64,000 nucleotides of DNA from Candidatus Obscuribacterales bacterium (GCA_965228855.1 CBDDIJ010000002.1:2016001-2080000), one strand, 5' to 3'; positions 23,249 through 34,041 are shown, counted from the first letter of the stretch. Translations and numbers: made by a program. The notes: generated by a model not told the origin, from the letters alone.

Positions 23249-23689
23249 TCAGCGAGAATTTGATGAAGTAAGCTCGGTCGCCGCAATATTTTGAATCACG
23301 CTGAGTTCCTTCATCCGGTTTTGCAACCAGGCTTTTTCGATGACAGCGTGGGTCACTGTTCCCCGGGCTATTCTGCCTCGAATATTTGATGCGACAATTT
23401 CAACTTCGACTTTGTTGTCTCTGATGTCTGCGACCCTTGTTTCAATTGTCACCTTCATTCCCGGAAGAGTCATAGCCAGGTGAGATACGTTTACGTGGCA
23501 GCCCATGCACTCTTCGGATTCATCGAGGTATGGCCAGATCATTTTTCTTGCGGAGAGCTCCATATGGTGCACGAGAGTTGAGGTGGAGTATAGTTCGTGC
23601 ACTAATTCGCCCTCATAGCGAACGGTCATGTCCCAGGAAACGTCAATTTCCATAGTGTGTGTTTGGCCAATTGCCAGACCAGGTTTCAT
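23249..23689 (-). CDS. Hotdog-fold thioesterase (fluoroacetyl-CoA thioesterase FlK-like)
   Basis: MKPGLAIG, YSTSTLVHHME, G.HVNVSHLAMT..G, IARG. Confidence 0.8.
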   Translation of the reverse strand: MKPGLAIGQTHTMEIDVSWDMTVRYEGELVHELYSTSTLVHHMELSARKMIWPYLDESEECMGCHVNVSHLAMTLPGMKVTIETRVADIRDNKVEVEIVASNIRGRIARGTVTHAVIEKAWLQNRMKELSVIQNIAATELTSSNSR

Positions 23690-23719
23690 CCCCGTTTCCT
23701 CCTGAAGAAAAGCCGTGGC

Positions 23720-25081
23720 TTACTTGGTTTCCTTGCGCCGGTCGACTACTCGAACCGCTTTGCCCTCGCTGCGTGGCACCGTCCGTGGTTGCATCAGCTT
23801 GACGTCGGCGGTCAGTCCGAGCATGTCTTTCATCAAGCATTGAATCTTCACCGTGAGAGCTTCGAATTCGACACCACAGCTGTTGAATTCGCCCCAGCGC
23901 TTCACCAAATCCTCTGTAACTTCGACTTGAACTTCCAGCACGTCGAGAGCTCTCTCTCGATTTACGACAAGCTGATAGTGAGGGCTCAAGTCCTCGATGG
24001 ATAGCAGGCACTTTTCAATTTCGGAAGGAAACAGATTGACACCTCTAATGATGAGCATATCGTCGATGCGCGCTTTCACTCGCTCCATGCGTGCCATGGT
24101 GCGACCGCAGACACAGGTTTCCGAAAAAAGCCTGGTGAGATCGCCTGTGCGATAACGTACGACTGGAAATGCTTGTTTCGTCAGACTGGTGAAAACGAGC
24201 TCGCCCTCTTCGCCATATGGCAATTTTTCACCTGTGTCCGGATTGACTATTTCCGGCAAGAAGTAGTCTTCCCAGATGTGAAGCCCATTTCGACCCTGCA
24301 GGCATTCCATTGAAACGCCGGGTCCCATAACCTCGCTCAGTCCGTATATGTCAAGCGCCTTGATTTCCAGGACCTTTTCAATCTGTGCGCGTAGCTCTTC
24401 AGTCCAGGGTTCGGCTCCGAAGATACCGATCTCCAGTTTTATCGAATCGCGCGGGATGCCGTGGTCTTGCATCTGGAAGGCCATATTCAACGCATACGAT
24501 GGCGTTGAGCAGAGTATCCGCGCGCCAAAATCTTGAAGCAGCAGAATTTGTTGTTGGGTACGTCCACCGGACGCAGGCACGACAGTGGCGCCGAAATTTT
24601 CTGCGCCGTAATGCATTCCGAGACCGCCGGTGAACAGACCATAGCCGTATGCGTTGTGAACGATATCGCCAGGTTTGGCTCCAGCTGCTGCAAGTGAACG
24701 AGCACAAACTTCTTTCCAGTCGTCAAGATCCGATTCCGTATAACCGACTACTGTGGGCTTGCCCTTCGTGCCTGAAGATGCGTGAATACGCCGGACATTA
24801 TCAAGTGGCTCGGCGAAAAGGCCGAACGGATAATTTTCGCGCAGGTCGGTTTTTTTCGTGAATGGCAGGCATTGAATGTCGTCAAGCGAGTTGAACGAGT
24901 CCAATTTGATCTTGGCTTCGTCGAACTTGCCGGTGTAGAACGGGACTTTGTTATAGACACGCTCCAGAGTGGACTTGAGGCGTTTAAGCTGAAGCTGTTC
25001 GAGCTCCACGCGTGGCAAGCATTCCGCTTGCTTATTCCAAATGAATGTATCTGATTTCGTGGGCACGGAAACGAATACCAC
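23720..25081 (-). CDS. paaK: Phenylacetate-CoA ligase
   Basis: [79 protein letters not shown]. Confidence 0.93.
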   Translation of the reverse strand: MVFVSVPTKSDTFIWNKQAECLPRVELEQLQLKRLKSTLERVYNKVPFYTGKFDEAKIKLDSFNSLDDIQCLPFTKKTDLRENYPFGLFAEPLDNVRRIHASSGTKGKPTVVGYTESDLDDWKEVCARSLAAAGAKPGDIVHNAYGYGLFTGGLGMHYGAENFGATVVPASGGRTQQQILLLQDFGARILCSTPSYALNMAFQMQDHGIPRDSIKLEIGIFGAEPWTEELRAQIEKVLEIKALDIYGLSEVMGPGVSMECLQGRNGLHIWEDYFLPEIVNPDTGEKLPYGEEGELVFTSLTKQAFPVVRYRTGDLTRLFSETCVCGRTMARMERVKARIDDMLIIRGVNLFPSEIEKCLLSIEDLSPHYQLVVNRERALDVLEVQVEVTEDLVKRWGEFNSCGVEFEALTVKIQCLMKDMLGLTADVKLMQPRTVPRSEGKAVRVVDRRKETK

Positions 25082-25292
25082 CCGAAAGCGTGCTGAAAAC
25101 GTGAATCGAGATCATAACTCTAATTGTTGCTTTGACTTGAATTGCTTATGAAGCTTGAATATTCCTGAGGTTGACGAGCGCACAGATGAGTGGTTGCTAA
25201 GCTAGATATTAAGCTGATAGGAAAAACAGGCGCCGCATGAACTAAAATCATTTTGAGAAGGCTTACCAACAGACCACTTTTGAGCTTAAGGC

Positions 25293-28200
25293 ATGATCGG
25301 CACTGACGAGCCTGGTGAACAGCCCGCCGTCAAACGCGAACGCATTTTTGACCACCAGATGTGGTGGATTCTTGTGTTGGGAATTTGCGGAATCGCTGTC
25401 TATCAGATGTTCAAATATCAGGCGTTTCCAGCTGCTTCCATCGAAATCAAAAAGCCGCGTATCGAAATTCAGGAGCAAGCGCGTTCTCTCGCCCCATCTC
25501 TGGGCTACAACAAAACGGGCACAATCGATTCGACCACGTTTAATTCCGAGGACAACGCCAAGTCTTTTCTCGAGCATGAATATCCGCAGGAAGATGCCAA
25601 CAAGCTTATGGCAACGGAGGTTCCGGTCTGGAGCTGGGTGACGCGGTTTTGCAAGGAGTACGACCAGGAAGAGTTTCAAACGTGGATTTCGCCACAGGGC
25701 AAGCTTCTTGCGTTTGAACACGACATTCCGAACGATCTTGCGTTGAATAGCGTTTCGCATGAGCAAGCGCAGAAAATCGCTCGTGCCTTCCTTGAGAAGA
25801 TGGAGCCGAATGCGGCGGATTTCAGCACGCTCATTCGAGACGACGCGAATACGAAACCAAAGCGCGAAGACCATTCATTTGTCTGGGAGAATCAAAAGAA
25901 GGATTACAAATCCGCGCATTTGCGCATTTATGTTTACGTCTCCGGCGATCAGGTAACGCTGTACAACAAGTATCTGCATGTGCCGGATGCCTGGCAGCGA
26001 GAGTACGACACCATGCGCTCTTACAACTATTTGCTAGGGCAGTTCTCGTTCTTCTTCATCTACATGTTCCAGACGATCGCTTTTTTGGTGCTGGTCTGGG
26101 GAGTGATAACCAGGAACATGAGATGGAAGCCGGCTATTGTCGGGGCTCTTCTCCTTGGTGGTATATCTGCCCTGGATTATTTAAACCATTTGCCGAGCTT
26201 GATTGCCTCGTATGGCCCGACAACTTCGTTTCAGAACTACTTGATACAGATCGTCGTGAACGCTCTGATGGGCTTCGTCGGAAACGCGCTTACAGGAGCC
26301 ACTTTGTTTGGAGGCGCTGAGATTTGTTATCGAAAACTATTTCCTCATAAGCTCTCATTCGAACGAATTTTGACCAAGCGAGGACTTACGCACGAGACAG
26401 TTGTGCGTGGGGTTATCGTTGGGCACATCCTGGTCGGGGTGCACCTCGGCTGGATTGTTCTTTACTATATTCTGGGGAAAAAATTTGGTTTCTGGTGCCC
26501 GCTTGGTATCGAGAGTCACGAAGTCTTAAGCAATGTCGTGCCGTTCATTTCAGCAGTTGCACTGGGCGTCAGTGCCTCGTTCGAAGAAGAGCTGGCGTGT
26601 CGGGTAGTCGGTATCGCCATTGGTACCAGACTGTTTAAGAACTTCTGGGTGGCAAATTTATTCCAGGCAATTGTCTGGGGATTCGCGCACAGTAGCTATC
26701 CGCAAGAACCCGCTTATGCCCGCGGTCTCGAGCTCACTGTAGTGGGAATATTGCAGGGCTGGATCTTATACAGGTACGGCATTATCGCCGTCATTACCGA
26801 ACACTATCTGCTCGATGCATTCATGTACGTGGAATCGTTCCTGTACTCTGACGTGCCTATTCTCAAGTTTTCCGTCTTGCCGGCTCTCATCCCGGCCTTG
26901 TTGATTGTCGGTTCGGCGCTCGTTTGGAACAAAATGAAGATGACGCGCGGCGCCGACCAGGATAACGACAAAATTCCGATGTTGAAACCGCCACCACCGC
27001 CGGTGGAAGATGCGCCACCGCCGATCGAGTATAAGCCGCTGTCAAAGCGGCTGAGGTTGAGCATGATCGCAATTTGTATCGCATCACTTTTGACCGCTAT
27101 TTATGTGCCCTGGAGTAGTGGTGTCAACTCTGATGCGAAGCTCAAAATCGGTCGAGCGGAGGCGATTGAGAAGGCGCGCGAAGTGATGAAGAGGCACGAC
27201 ATTGATCCCAAAGGCTGGATGGAAAGCGCGAGTTGCGGGATCAGCAGCGTCGGCGAAACCTTCCAGTATATGTTCGAAAAGACGAACGCCGAAGCTGTGC
27301 GGAAAATCTATAACGAAACCAGGCGAGGATATTACTGGTCGGTAAAGTTCTTTCGACCGCTCCAGTCCGAGGAGTACCAAGTCATACTTGATGGCGATGG
27401 GCGAGAGGATTCTTTCGGGATTTCGCGAGAGGAAAATGATGTCGGCGCAAACCTCTCTTCCGATGAGGCTCGCGAGAAAGCAGAGGCGTATCTGAAGGAG
27501 ACTCATCCGGAACTGCCGGATTACAAGTTTAAACAGATTTCGTCGCAAAAGCGCAAGAACCGAACCGATTACACCGTCGATTTCACCTATCCTAAGCTCG
27601 ATGTCGCTGACGCTAAGTGCCTCATAAGCGTCTCGCTGACTGGCGATCAGGTCGGCGATTTCTCGCAACGATGGGATGTTCCCGACTCATGGTCGTTTGA
27701 GCGCAATAAACGCACTGCCAAAGATGAGTGGTTATCGCATCTGCGAACAGCGACATTGTTTGGTTTGATTCTTCTGGGCATATTCTGGGCTTATTCGGTT
27801 TTGAAAACAGGCGCCATCAAGTTTCGGGCGCCGGTCATAATTTCGCTTGCATATCTGGGACTGGTGCTGCTTTCTTCTCTCAACAATCTGGTGACCTTTT
27901 TCTACGGCTACGACACTACCACTCCTTTGAACTCATACATAGTCGGTGAGATCGTCGGCGCCGGCCAGGGATTATTTATGTACGGAGCAGGCGTCTTTCT
28001 CCTGTCAGCCGTCGCTCTGGGCGCGTTTCGAATAATTTCGCCGCGCACGCATTTGATATCGTACTTTCAATTTGCACTCGGTAAAATGTCAGCTAATGCT
28101 GAACAGCGAAAGTCGCGACTGGCGCTGTGGTATGACGCCGCCTTGATCTCGTACACGACGCTGGCATTTTCCATAACCGTGAGCCAACTGCAAGGACTGG

Positions 28201-28730
28201 TATCACTGGCGATATCACCTTCCGTTCCGATCGGTGAGGTTGGAACGATCGCGAGCCTGACCGGAGTTTACGTTCCTGTCGTCGAGGCCATTCTCGACGC
28301 TCTTAAAACAGCCCCAAACGGTCTTGCTCTAATCGTAGTAGTGGTGGGGATGTCCGCGAGATTCGCTCCAGGGTTTTGGAGATTGTTCGCATTTGGTCTA
28401 GTTTTAAACCTGATTCTTCCAAGCGCTGAGCGATACTGGCAAGACTACCTCATCAGCGTTGTGCAGAACTTTTTGATGTGTCTATTCATGTATGTTCTGG
28501 TAGTGAAATTGGCTCGGAACAACATCCTTGCTTACCTGATGATATTCTCGCTCTACACGTTCGTTCCGTACTGCAAGGCTATTGCGTTGAATGGAGGCTC
28601 GCTCTACATCCCGGAGTTGATAACCTTTTTCCTTCTCTTGACCGTGCCGATCCTTTGTATCCTCTGGGTGCAGGTTCGCACTCTGCGGCATAAGGAGAAA
28701 CCGCTCAGCGAACTTGTCGAAGAGAGCTAG
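25293..28730 (+). CDS. Large CPBP/Abi-family intramembrane metalloprotease with duplicated extracytoplasmic domains
   Basis: CPBP motifs FEEELACR, WGFAHSSY, EHYLLD; many TM segments; two homologous halves separated by a Pro-rich linker. Confidence 0.8.
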   Translation: MIGTDEPGEQPAVKRERIFDHQMWWILVLGICGIAVYQMFKYQAFPAASIEIKKPRIEIQEQARSLAPSLGYNKTGTIDSTTFNSEDNAKSFLEHEYPQEDANKLMATEVPVWSWVTRFCKEYDQEEFQTWISPQGKLLAFEHDIPNDLALNSVSHEQAQKIARAFLEKMEPNAADFSTLIRDDANTKPKREDHSFVWENQKKDYKSAHLRIYVYVSGDQVTLYNKYLHVPDAWQREYDTMRSYNYLLGQFSFFFIYMFQTIAFLVLVWGVITRNMRWKPAIVGALLLGGISALDYLNHLPSLIASYGPTTSFQNYLIQIVVNALMGFVGNALTGATLFGGAEICYRKLFPHKLSFERILTKRGLTHETVVRGVIVGHILVGVHLGWIVLYYILGKKFGFWCPLGIESHEVLSNVVPFISAVALGVSASFEEELACRVVGIAIGTRLFKNFWVANLFQAIVWGFAHSSYPQEPAYARGLELTVVGILQGWILYRYGIIAVITEHYLLDAFMYVESFLYSDVPILKFSVLPALIPALLIVGSALVWNKMKMTRGADQDNDKIPMLKPPPPPVEDAPPPIEYKPLSKRLRLSMIAICIASLLTAIYVPWSSGVNSDAKLKIGRAEAIEKAREVMKRHDIDPKGWMESASCGISSVGETFQYMFEKTNAEAVRKIYNETRRGYYWSVKFFRPLQSEEYQVILDGDGREDSFGISREENDVGANLSSDEAREKAEAYLKETHPELPDYKFKQISSQKRKNRTDYTVDFTYPKLDVADAKCLISVSLTGDQVGDFSQRWDVPDSWSFERNKRTAKDEWLSHLRTATLFGLILLGIFWAYSVLKTGAIKFRAPVIISLAYLGLVLLSSLNNLVTFFYGYDTTTPLNSYIVGEIVGAGQGLFMYGAGVFLLSAVALGAFRIISPRTHLISYFQFALGKMSANAEQRKSRLALWYDAALISYTTLAFSITVSQLQGLVSLAISPSVPIGEVGTIASLTGVYVPVVEAILDALKTAPNGLALIVVVVGMSARFAPGFWRLFAFGLVLNLILPSAERYWQDYLISVVQNFLMCLFMYVLVVKLARNNILAYLMIFSLYTFVPYCKAIALNGGSLYIPELITFFLLLTVPILCILWVQVRTLRHKEKPLSELVEES

Positions 28731-28731
28731 C

Positions 28732-29856
28732 TTATCTTTCCGCTGACTCTTTGGGATCCGGAACAGCTTCACCGGAAGGTGGTTTATAGCTCGGCAACGG
28801 GAACTGAGTTCCGTCTGCCAGCGTCAAAACCGGTTCCAAAATACTCATGTGATAGACGGTCCAGCGCCGCAGTTTTTCACGGCGAACAATGTGTAAGCGC
28901 AATTTCGCCGAAGTCAATCTCGGCAGTTGTTTTTCGATTTCAATCGGCGACATGTTTTTGCCGTCGGCGAGTTTCACTGGTCCGGCATCACGAGGATGCA
29001 AATATCGAGCGACCTGTTCTCCAAGCGTCTCTTTAATCGCATCCTCGACGCTCGCATAGATGAATGAATCATCATTTTCGTCTTCAGTCGTTGCGTCTTG
29101 TTCTTCGCTGTCGAGAGGCTTCGAACTCGGTGTCTGTTCAACCTCTTTAGATGCCTCATCTAGTTTCCCGATTTTCTTTATCGCGGATACAGGTAACTGT
29201 TTGCCCTTGCTTTCGACGATGAGCAAATTGCGTTTATCTTCAATCGATAGAGATTCGCTGCGGTTTACCTCGATTTCTTTTTCAGTCGGTTTGTACTCGA
29301 TGCCTTTGCTGGCTTCCGGTCGTTCGATCGCTCCAGGCGCAATCGATGGACGTAATCTCAACGCAAAGCCTTTGCGGCTGTCCTTATCCGGATCTTTGAT
29401 GAAGGCTGCGAACTCGCTTGCTGTCATCGGAATTCCGTACGCCATGTTGAGGGGAAGAAACATCGGAGCGTATCTTGATTCTTCGAGCTGCAAGTCTACG
29501 TCAACGATCACGTCTTCCGGCTTTTGCCAGGGCAAAATGGTGACTGCATTCTTGTCGGGGTGTTTAATCGCGGTCTCGCGCATGTTTGAGTATTTAAATG
29601 GTCGGCCCATGAGAAATGCGAGGTTGGGTTCTTGAGCGCTTGCATAAACAAGGTATGAAACCCAACCGCCCTTCTTCGGGCAGCGGCAGGTGTTGCCGCC
29701 AAACATTTCAACAGTGCCCTTGTAATCTCCCTTTTGTACAGAGGTGAGAAATTGGTTCGCAGTGGTTTTCGGATCGGCTTCGGAACCACCCGACATCATC
29801 GTGTAGAGAACAATCGCCAGTATGACGAGAACCAGGAGTGGATAGAGGATTCGCAT
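28732..29856 (-). CDS. Hypothetical exported or membrane-anchored protein
   Basis: 374-aa ORF with an N-terminal hydrophobic helix and a CRC motif; no recognised family. Confidence 0.65.
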   Translation of the reverse strand: MRILYPLLVLVILAIVLYTMMSGGSEADPKTTANQFLTSVQKGDYKGTVEMFGGNTCRCPKKGGWVSYLVYASAQEPNLAFLMGRPFKYSNMRETAIKHPDKNAVTILPWQKPEDVIVDVDLQLEESRYAPMFLPLNMAYGIPMTASEFAAFIKDPDKDSRKGFALRLRPSIAPGAIERPEASKGIEYKPTEKEIEVNRSESLSIEDKRNLLIVESKGKQLPVSAIKKIGKLDEASKEVEQTPSSKPLDSEEQDATTEDENDDSFIYASVEDAIKETLGEQVARYLHPRDAGPVKLADGKNMSPIEIEKQLPRLTSAKLRLHIVRREKLRRWTVYHMSILEPVLTLADGTQFPLPSYKPPSGEAVPDPKESAER

Positions 29857-29967
29857 AAGTGGATTCTAACAAGAAATTATCGTCACTTTTTCACGTTGGC
29901 CACGCAACGGTCTTCGTATGACGATATGCTAGTGACATCCAGTCTAGCACGTGGGGATAGTGACCTT

Positions 29968-31521
29968 ATGTCAGTGCTCAAAAACGAGTTACTCGTTATC
30001 TTTGGAATCCTTACTACGGCAGTTTTCTTGTGGCGATTCTCGCGCGATAAAATCGCGCCTCAACTGTCCGGGGCAAATTTAGTGCCCTCTTTGAAGGTGC
30101 TGCTTGCCATGGTGATTCCGGTTGCCGGATTGATGTGGTTGAGCAGTATGGCGGGGCTCGAGTTAGCTGTTGCTGCTCCGTATTTTGGAGCGGCCGCTCT
30201 TCTCCCGTACCTTTTTAGTTCGGTCGGTTTGCCACCATTTTTGAGAGCGTTGCTGCTTCTGGCAAGCGCTGTAGCGTTCACCAGTTTCGTTCCAACCGAT
30301 CATTATCAGGTCTGCGTCGAGTCTGCTATCGCCGGACTGATCTGTTGGAAATCTGTTGAAAACTTGCTGGTCAGCCCGGAAAAATCTACGCTTGAAGATT
30401 TCGTTCCACCATTCTTGTGGATGGCGACCACACTCTGGGTCAGAACAGTTGAAGCCGATAACTGGGTCGCACTGCACCACAACGTGATTCTTGCATCGTT
30501 CGTAGCCGCCATTTTTATGCGATGGATTCAGGATCCATTCCTCAAGATCGATAAGCTCTATGTGAAGCGCGTTTGCCTCGCTATTACAGGCGGGCTGGTT
30601 ATGCTCATTCTTGTCACCAAGGTCGTAGGCGCACTTGAATTGGCAAAACTGTGTGCACTGGCCGGTGGCGGTTATTTGCTTGCATACGTACTACAAGCGC
30701 TTGATGCAAGAAGAGAGCATGAATCGCTCGCTTTGAATTCGTTCAAACAACTGCTTTTCATCGGTATCTTCACACTGATAGCCACTCGTATGTTCTTTAC
30801 TCCCGGGTTGATTGTTCTTGCGATTTCAACAGTCATTGCAACCACATCCGGTGCCGCGTTGATGGCAGGTCTCTACTTCGGTTCTTACATCCTATTGCAG
30901 ACCTTTATCTTCAGATTCAACAGCAATATGACCGGCATCAATATCATGCATTCATACACGAGTGCGGCATTATATGCTGGTTTATTCATCGCGATTACCG
31001 CCTCTCTTCTCCTGCGCGAGCGCATGGATAATCGCGCCAGGGCACTGTTGTTTATCTCAGCTGGATTGATGGCGCCTGCAGCTACCAGCTATTTCTTGCA
31101 CGCAGAACCTGCGGCGAGCTTACTGGTCGCTGTCCTGGTCGGAACGATCATCATCGGCATCTTTTGCCGGGCACTTGCGAATGCCCATTGGAAAGGGTAT
31201 GAGAACGTCATGCTCACGCCTGCGATGATGATTGCTTTTGGTTTGCTCACCGGTGAATTGATCACAATTGGGAATTCGGCTGACGCACAGCAGCGCTACA
31301 CCGTTCTCATCGGTCTTGGCGTCGCTGCCACTGCTGTCCTTGGCATCGCCTCATTCCTGTCGAGGCAAAATCAAGATGGTCCGGAACTCACAGCTCCGAC
31401 CATTACGGTCGAGGACGCGTCACTGACGCCGAAAGATCCTAAAGTTATTGAGCCGTCCGACATGGAAGTGAAAGAACCGGCGTCCGACGAAGAGAAGAAA
31501 GAACAATCGACTGAGGCTTAA
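29968..31521 (+). CDS. Hypothetical polytopic membrane protein
   Basis: More than 12 hydrophobic segments and an acidic C-terminal tail. Start placed at ATG 29968. Confidence 0.7.
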   Translation: MSVLKNELLVIFGILTTAVFLWRFSRDKIAPQLSGANLVPSLKVLLAMVIPVAGLMWLSSMAGLELAVAAPYFGAAALLPYLFSSVGLPPFLRALLLLASAVAFTSFVPTDHYQVCVESAIAGLICWKSVENLLVSPEKSTLEDFVPPFLWMATTLWVRTVEADNWVALHHNVILASFVAAIFMRWIQDPFLKIDKLYVKRVCLAITGGLVMLILVTKVVGALELAKLCALAGGGYLLAYVLQALDARREHESLALNSFKQLLFIGIFTLIATRMFFTPGLIVLAISTVIATTSGAALMAGLYFGSYILLQTFIFRFNSNMTGINIMHSYTSAALYAGLFIAITASLLLRERMDNRARALLFISAGLMAPAATSYFLHAEPAASLLVAVLVGTIIIGIFCRALANAHWKGYENVMLTPAMMIAFGLLTGELITIGNSADAQQRYTVLIGLGVAATAVLGIASFLSRQNQDGPELTAPTITVEDASLTPKDPKVIEPSDMEVKEPASDEEKKEQSTEA

Positions 31522-31634
31522 GTTTCAGCTCAGGCCGAATGCACGGGACTGAGGCATAATAGTAGTCAGCGAATCTATGATTCGTGTGGAATCACGGCGA
31601 CTCCGAAGGGAACGCCAATTGCAAAGGGCTGGCT

Positions 31635-32672
31635 ATGTCCGAAGACTTCTCAGATGAAGATATTCAGTGCCCCGGTTGGGACGCGATCGATAGTTCCACG
31701 AACGCTATTTATGGCGAGCAGGAGCCGCTTCACTTTGGAACGTTGGTAAAGTATGCACTCGGCGGTCCCGATCCGCTTGATGGCTTTTCCGTTTTCAAAT
31801 CCGAGAAAGACCGACCTCACTGGCACTATGTGACGTATGGTTTCAGCGAGCTCTACGAGAAAGAGAGCGAGGACCCGGCTTGCAGTGGATATGGATTCGA
31901 GCTGACCATGCGCGTTCCCATCGAATCAGATGAGCCACCGATGTGGGTAATGAATTTCTTTCAGAATATTGCCCGCTATGTTTTCGGCAGCGGCAATACT
32001 TTTGAATCTGGGCATTACATGGACGCGAACGGTCCACTGTGTCTGGAGACAGAAACCGACATCACGGCGATGGTTTTCGCTGAAGATCCCGAGATGCCGA
32101 GTAAGGACACTCCAAACGGACGCGTCACTTTTCTGCAGGTAGTTGGTATTACGCGCGATGAATTGAAGGCAATTAAACAGTGGCACTCAATGCCGGTGCT
32201 GAAGTTGCTTGCCCGTGACAATCCGTTTTTAATCACGGATTTGAAACGCGTTTCAATTATGACGCAACCGGATGTGGTGGCAGCCGTAAATGAAGGCATA
32301 ACTCGTGATGGTTCATCCACCGGCATGCTCTTTGTCGATCCGTTGAATTGGAAGATTGCCGGAATGCCGCGCAAGAGTTGCACGATATCTGTGGGCTCAC
32401 TGATTGTGCCTGAACTCAAGGCAATCGTACCTGCCCGACTCGGTCATGATAAGCCACTGATGCTGTTCGGCAACGATGCGAGGATTTCGCTGGTACCCGC
32501 TTCCGAGACTAAATTTGAACCGGATGATGCTGGTCTCCGGTTAGAACTGACCAAATCTGACATGGAAGCTTTTATGGAAAAGATGCAGGCTGTGGCTGGT
32601 GTTTATGATGTTCTGCCTGGAGTTAAGGTGGAAGTGATCAAGCAGGTGATTCAGGATGCGGATGCGGGCTAG
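31635..32672 (+). CDS. Suppressor-of-fused (SuFu) domain protein
   Basis: PGWDAID, LGGPDPLDG, HWHYVTYGFSELY, SGYGFELTMR, NIARYVF..GN, FLQVVGIT.DEL. Confidence 0.9.
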   Translation: MSEDFSDEDIQCPGWDAIDSSTNAIYGEQEPLHFGTLVKYALGGPDPLDGFSVFKSEKDRPHWHYVTYGFSELYEKESEDPACSGYGFELTMRVPIESDEPPMWVMNFFQNIARYVFGSGNTFESGHYMDANGPLCLETETDITAMVFAEDPEMPSKDTPNGRVTFLQVVGITRDELKAIKQWHSMPVLKLLARDNPFLITDLKRVSIMTQPDVVAAVNEGITRDGSSTGMLFVDPLNWKIAGMPRKSCTISVGSLIVPELKAIVPARLGHDKPLMLFGNDARISLVPASETKFEPDDAGLRLELTKSDMEAFMEKMQAVAGVYDVLPGVKVEVIKQVIQDADAG

Positions 32673-32680
32673 TTTGTCGG

Positions 32681-33505
32681 GTGATGCGGATGAATCTTTA
32701 TATGTGGAAATCGGTCATCCTCCTCAGTTGTTTTGTGGTTTTCGAATTGATGGCTTCGCCTGCGAATGCTGCCGACGCCTGGTTATTTAAACAGCAGCGT
32801 GCCGGTGAACCGCTTGAAGTAATTGTGAGCAAGAACGCCGTCAAAGCCACCTTGCCTTCGCGAGGCTGGGCGATGGTAGCGGCGGCGCCGGACTGGACTG
32901 CAAAAACTTTCAATACTCACTCGAAACTGTATTTCGATGTGCCCTACAAAAGCTGGGTGAGGATGAGCTGTATAGATCGGTTCACTGATGCGTTAGAAGT
33001 CTACGAACATGCCGATAAGTTGCAAACCCTGCTATCTAAGATTGAAGGAAGGGGCGATACTGCTCGTCTTCGCGTCATTTACAAGGCTCGAGGCGAGGAG
33101 GTCGGCGGTAAGTCCTGGATTGGGGGTATGAGCTCGCTCGACAAGAAAATCGATAACACCAAGCCTGAGCGCGTCAAAGATTACACCTGCATGTACGCTT
33201 CGAAAATCGGCTGTGAGCAAGCGTTCAAAGTGCTTTGTTCGCTGTCGATTGTGCCGCCGAATGCAGGCGTTCCGCTTCGATATTGTGCGAATCTCGAAAA
33301 TGGTCAAACTCTCGTTCGTCTTGCAACATTTTCGGCTAAGCCGTTTAAATCAGACAAATCGACGTTCGCCGTACCTCGGGGTCTTGCTAAAGCCGAGAAC
33401 CAGCGCCAGGTCGCGATAGGTGTTGATCAGCAGGGTTTGGATGAAATGATGAACGGTTTCGATCTTGGTCGCCCGCTTGGTAAAAGCAAAAAACTCGGCA
33501 ACTGA
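32681..33505 (+). CDS. Hypothetical exported protein
   Basis: Signal peptide ending in ANA; no recognised family. Confidence 0.65.
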   Translation: MMRMNLYMWKSVILLSCFVVFELMASPANAADAWLFKQQRAGEPLEVIVSKNAVKATLPSRGWAMVAAAPDWTAKTFNTHSKLYFDVPYKSWVRMSCIDRFTDALEVYEHADKLQTLLSKIEGRGDTARLRVIYKARGEEVGGKSWIGGMSSLDKKIDNTKPERVKDYTCMYASKIGCEQAFKVLCSLSIVPPNAGVPLRYCANLENGQTLVRLATFSAKPFKSDKSTFAVPRGLAKAENQRQVAIGVDQQGLDEMMNGFDLGRPLGKSKKLGN

Positions 33506-33567
33506 CGTTTCAGTCTCAAACGCTTCGATTCAATAGAAGCGGACTCTCAGCTGACTCATGAGCAATT

Positions 33568-34041
33568 CTATTTTGTGTCTTGCCCGAAGGTCATGCCTTG
33601 AAATCCCGCATCGCCGCCGATTGCGGGATTACTTTCGCGTTTCTTCGCTGCTTCGATCGTTTTGAACTCGGGTGAAAACGCCATCACTTCAATCAGAATG
33701 CCCACTAATGAAGCGCTTAACAGGACGGGGATGAGAAATGTGCGTTCGAATTTCGATACTTGCAATTTGTCTTTTACGCAGAGAGCAATCACTAGCATCA
33801 CCAGTGGTGCCAGGCTGACCCAGAGGTGTTGCGTGTGGAATTGCTGGCGCTCCTGCCAGACCCAGCCTAAGACTATGCTCGTGAATACTAACGAAGCTGC
33901 GATGGCTTTGAACGATACGCCTTTCGATGTTGTAAGTCTAACGAGCGCCCAGATTACAATTGCAATATCGAAGGCGCCAAGCCCCTGCGCTCCGAACATC
34001 CAGAAATAGAATGTGTCCATAAACTCGATTATCCCAGGCAA
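33568..34041 (-). CDS. Hypothetical membrane protein (about 4 TM)
   Basis: 157-aa hydrophobic ORF, co-oriented with and downstream of the VanW gene. Confidence 0.55.
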   Translation of the reverse strand: MPGIIEFMDTFYFWMFGAQGLGAFDIAIVIWALVRLTTSKGVSFKAIAASLVFTSIVLGWVWQERQQFHTQHLWVSLAPLVMLVIALCVKDKLQVSKFERTFLIPVLLSASLVGILIEVMAFSPEFKTIEAAKKRESNPAIGGDAGFQGMTFGQDTK

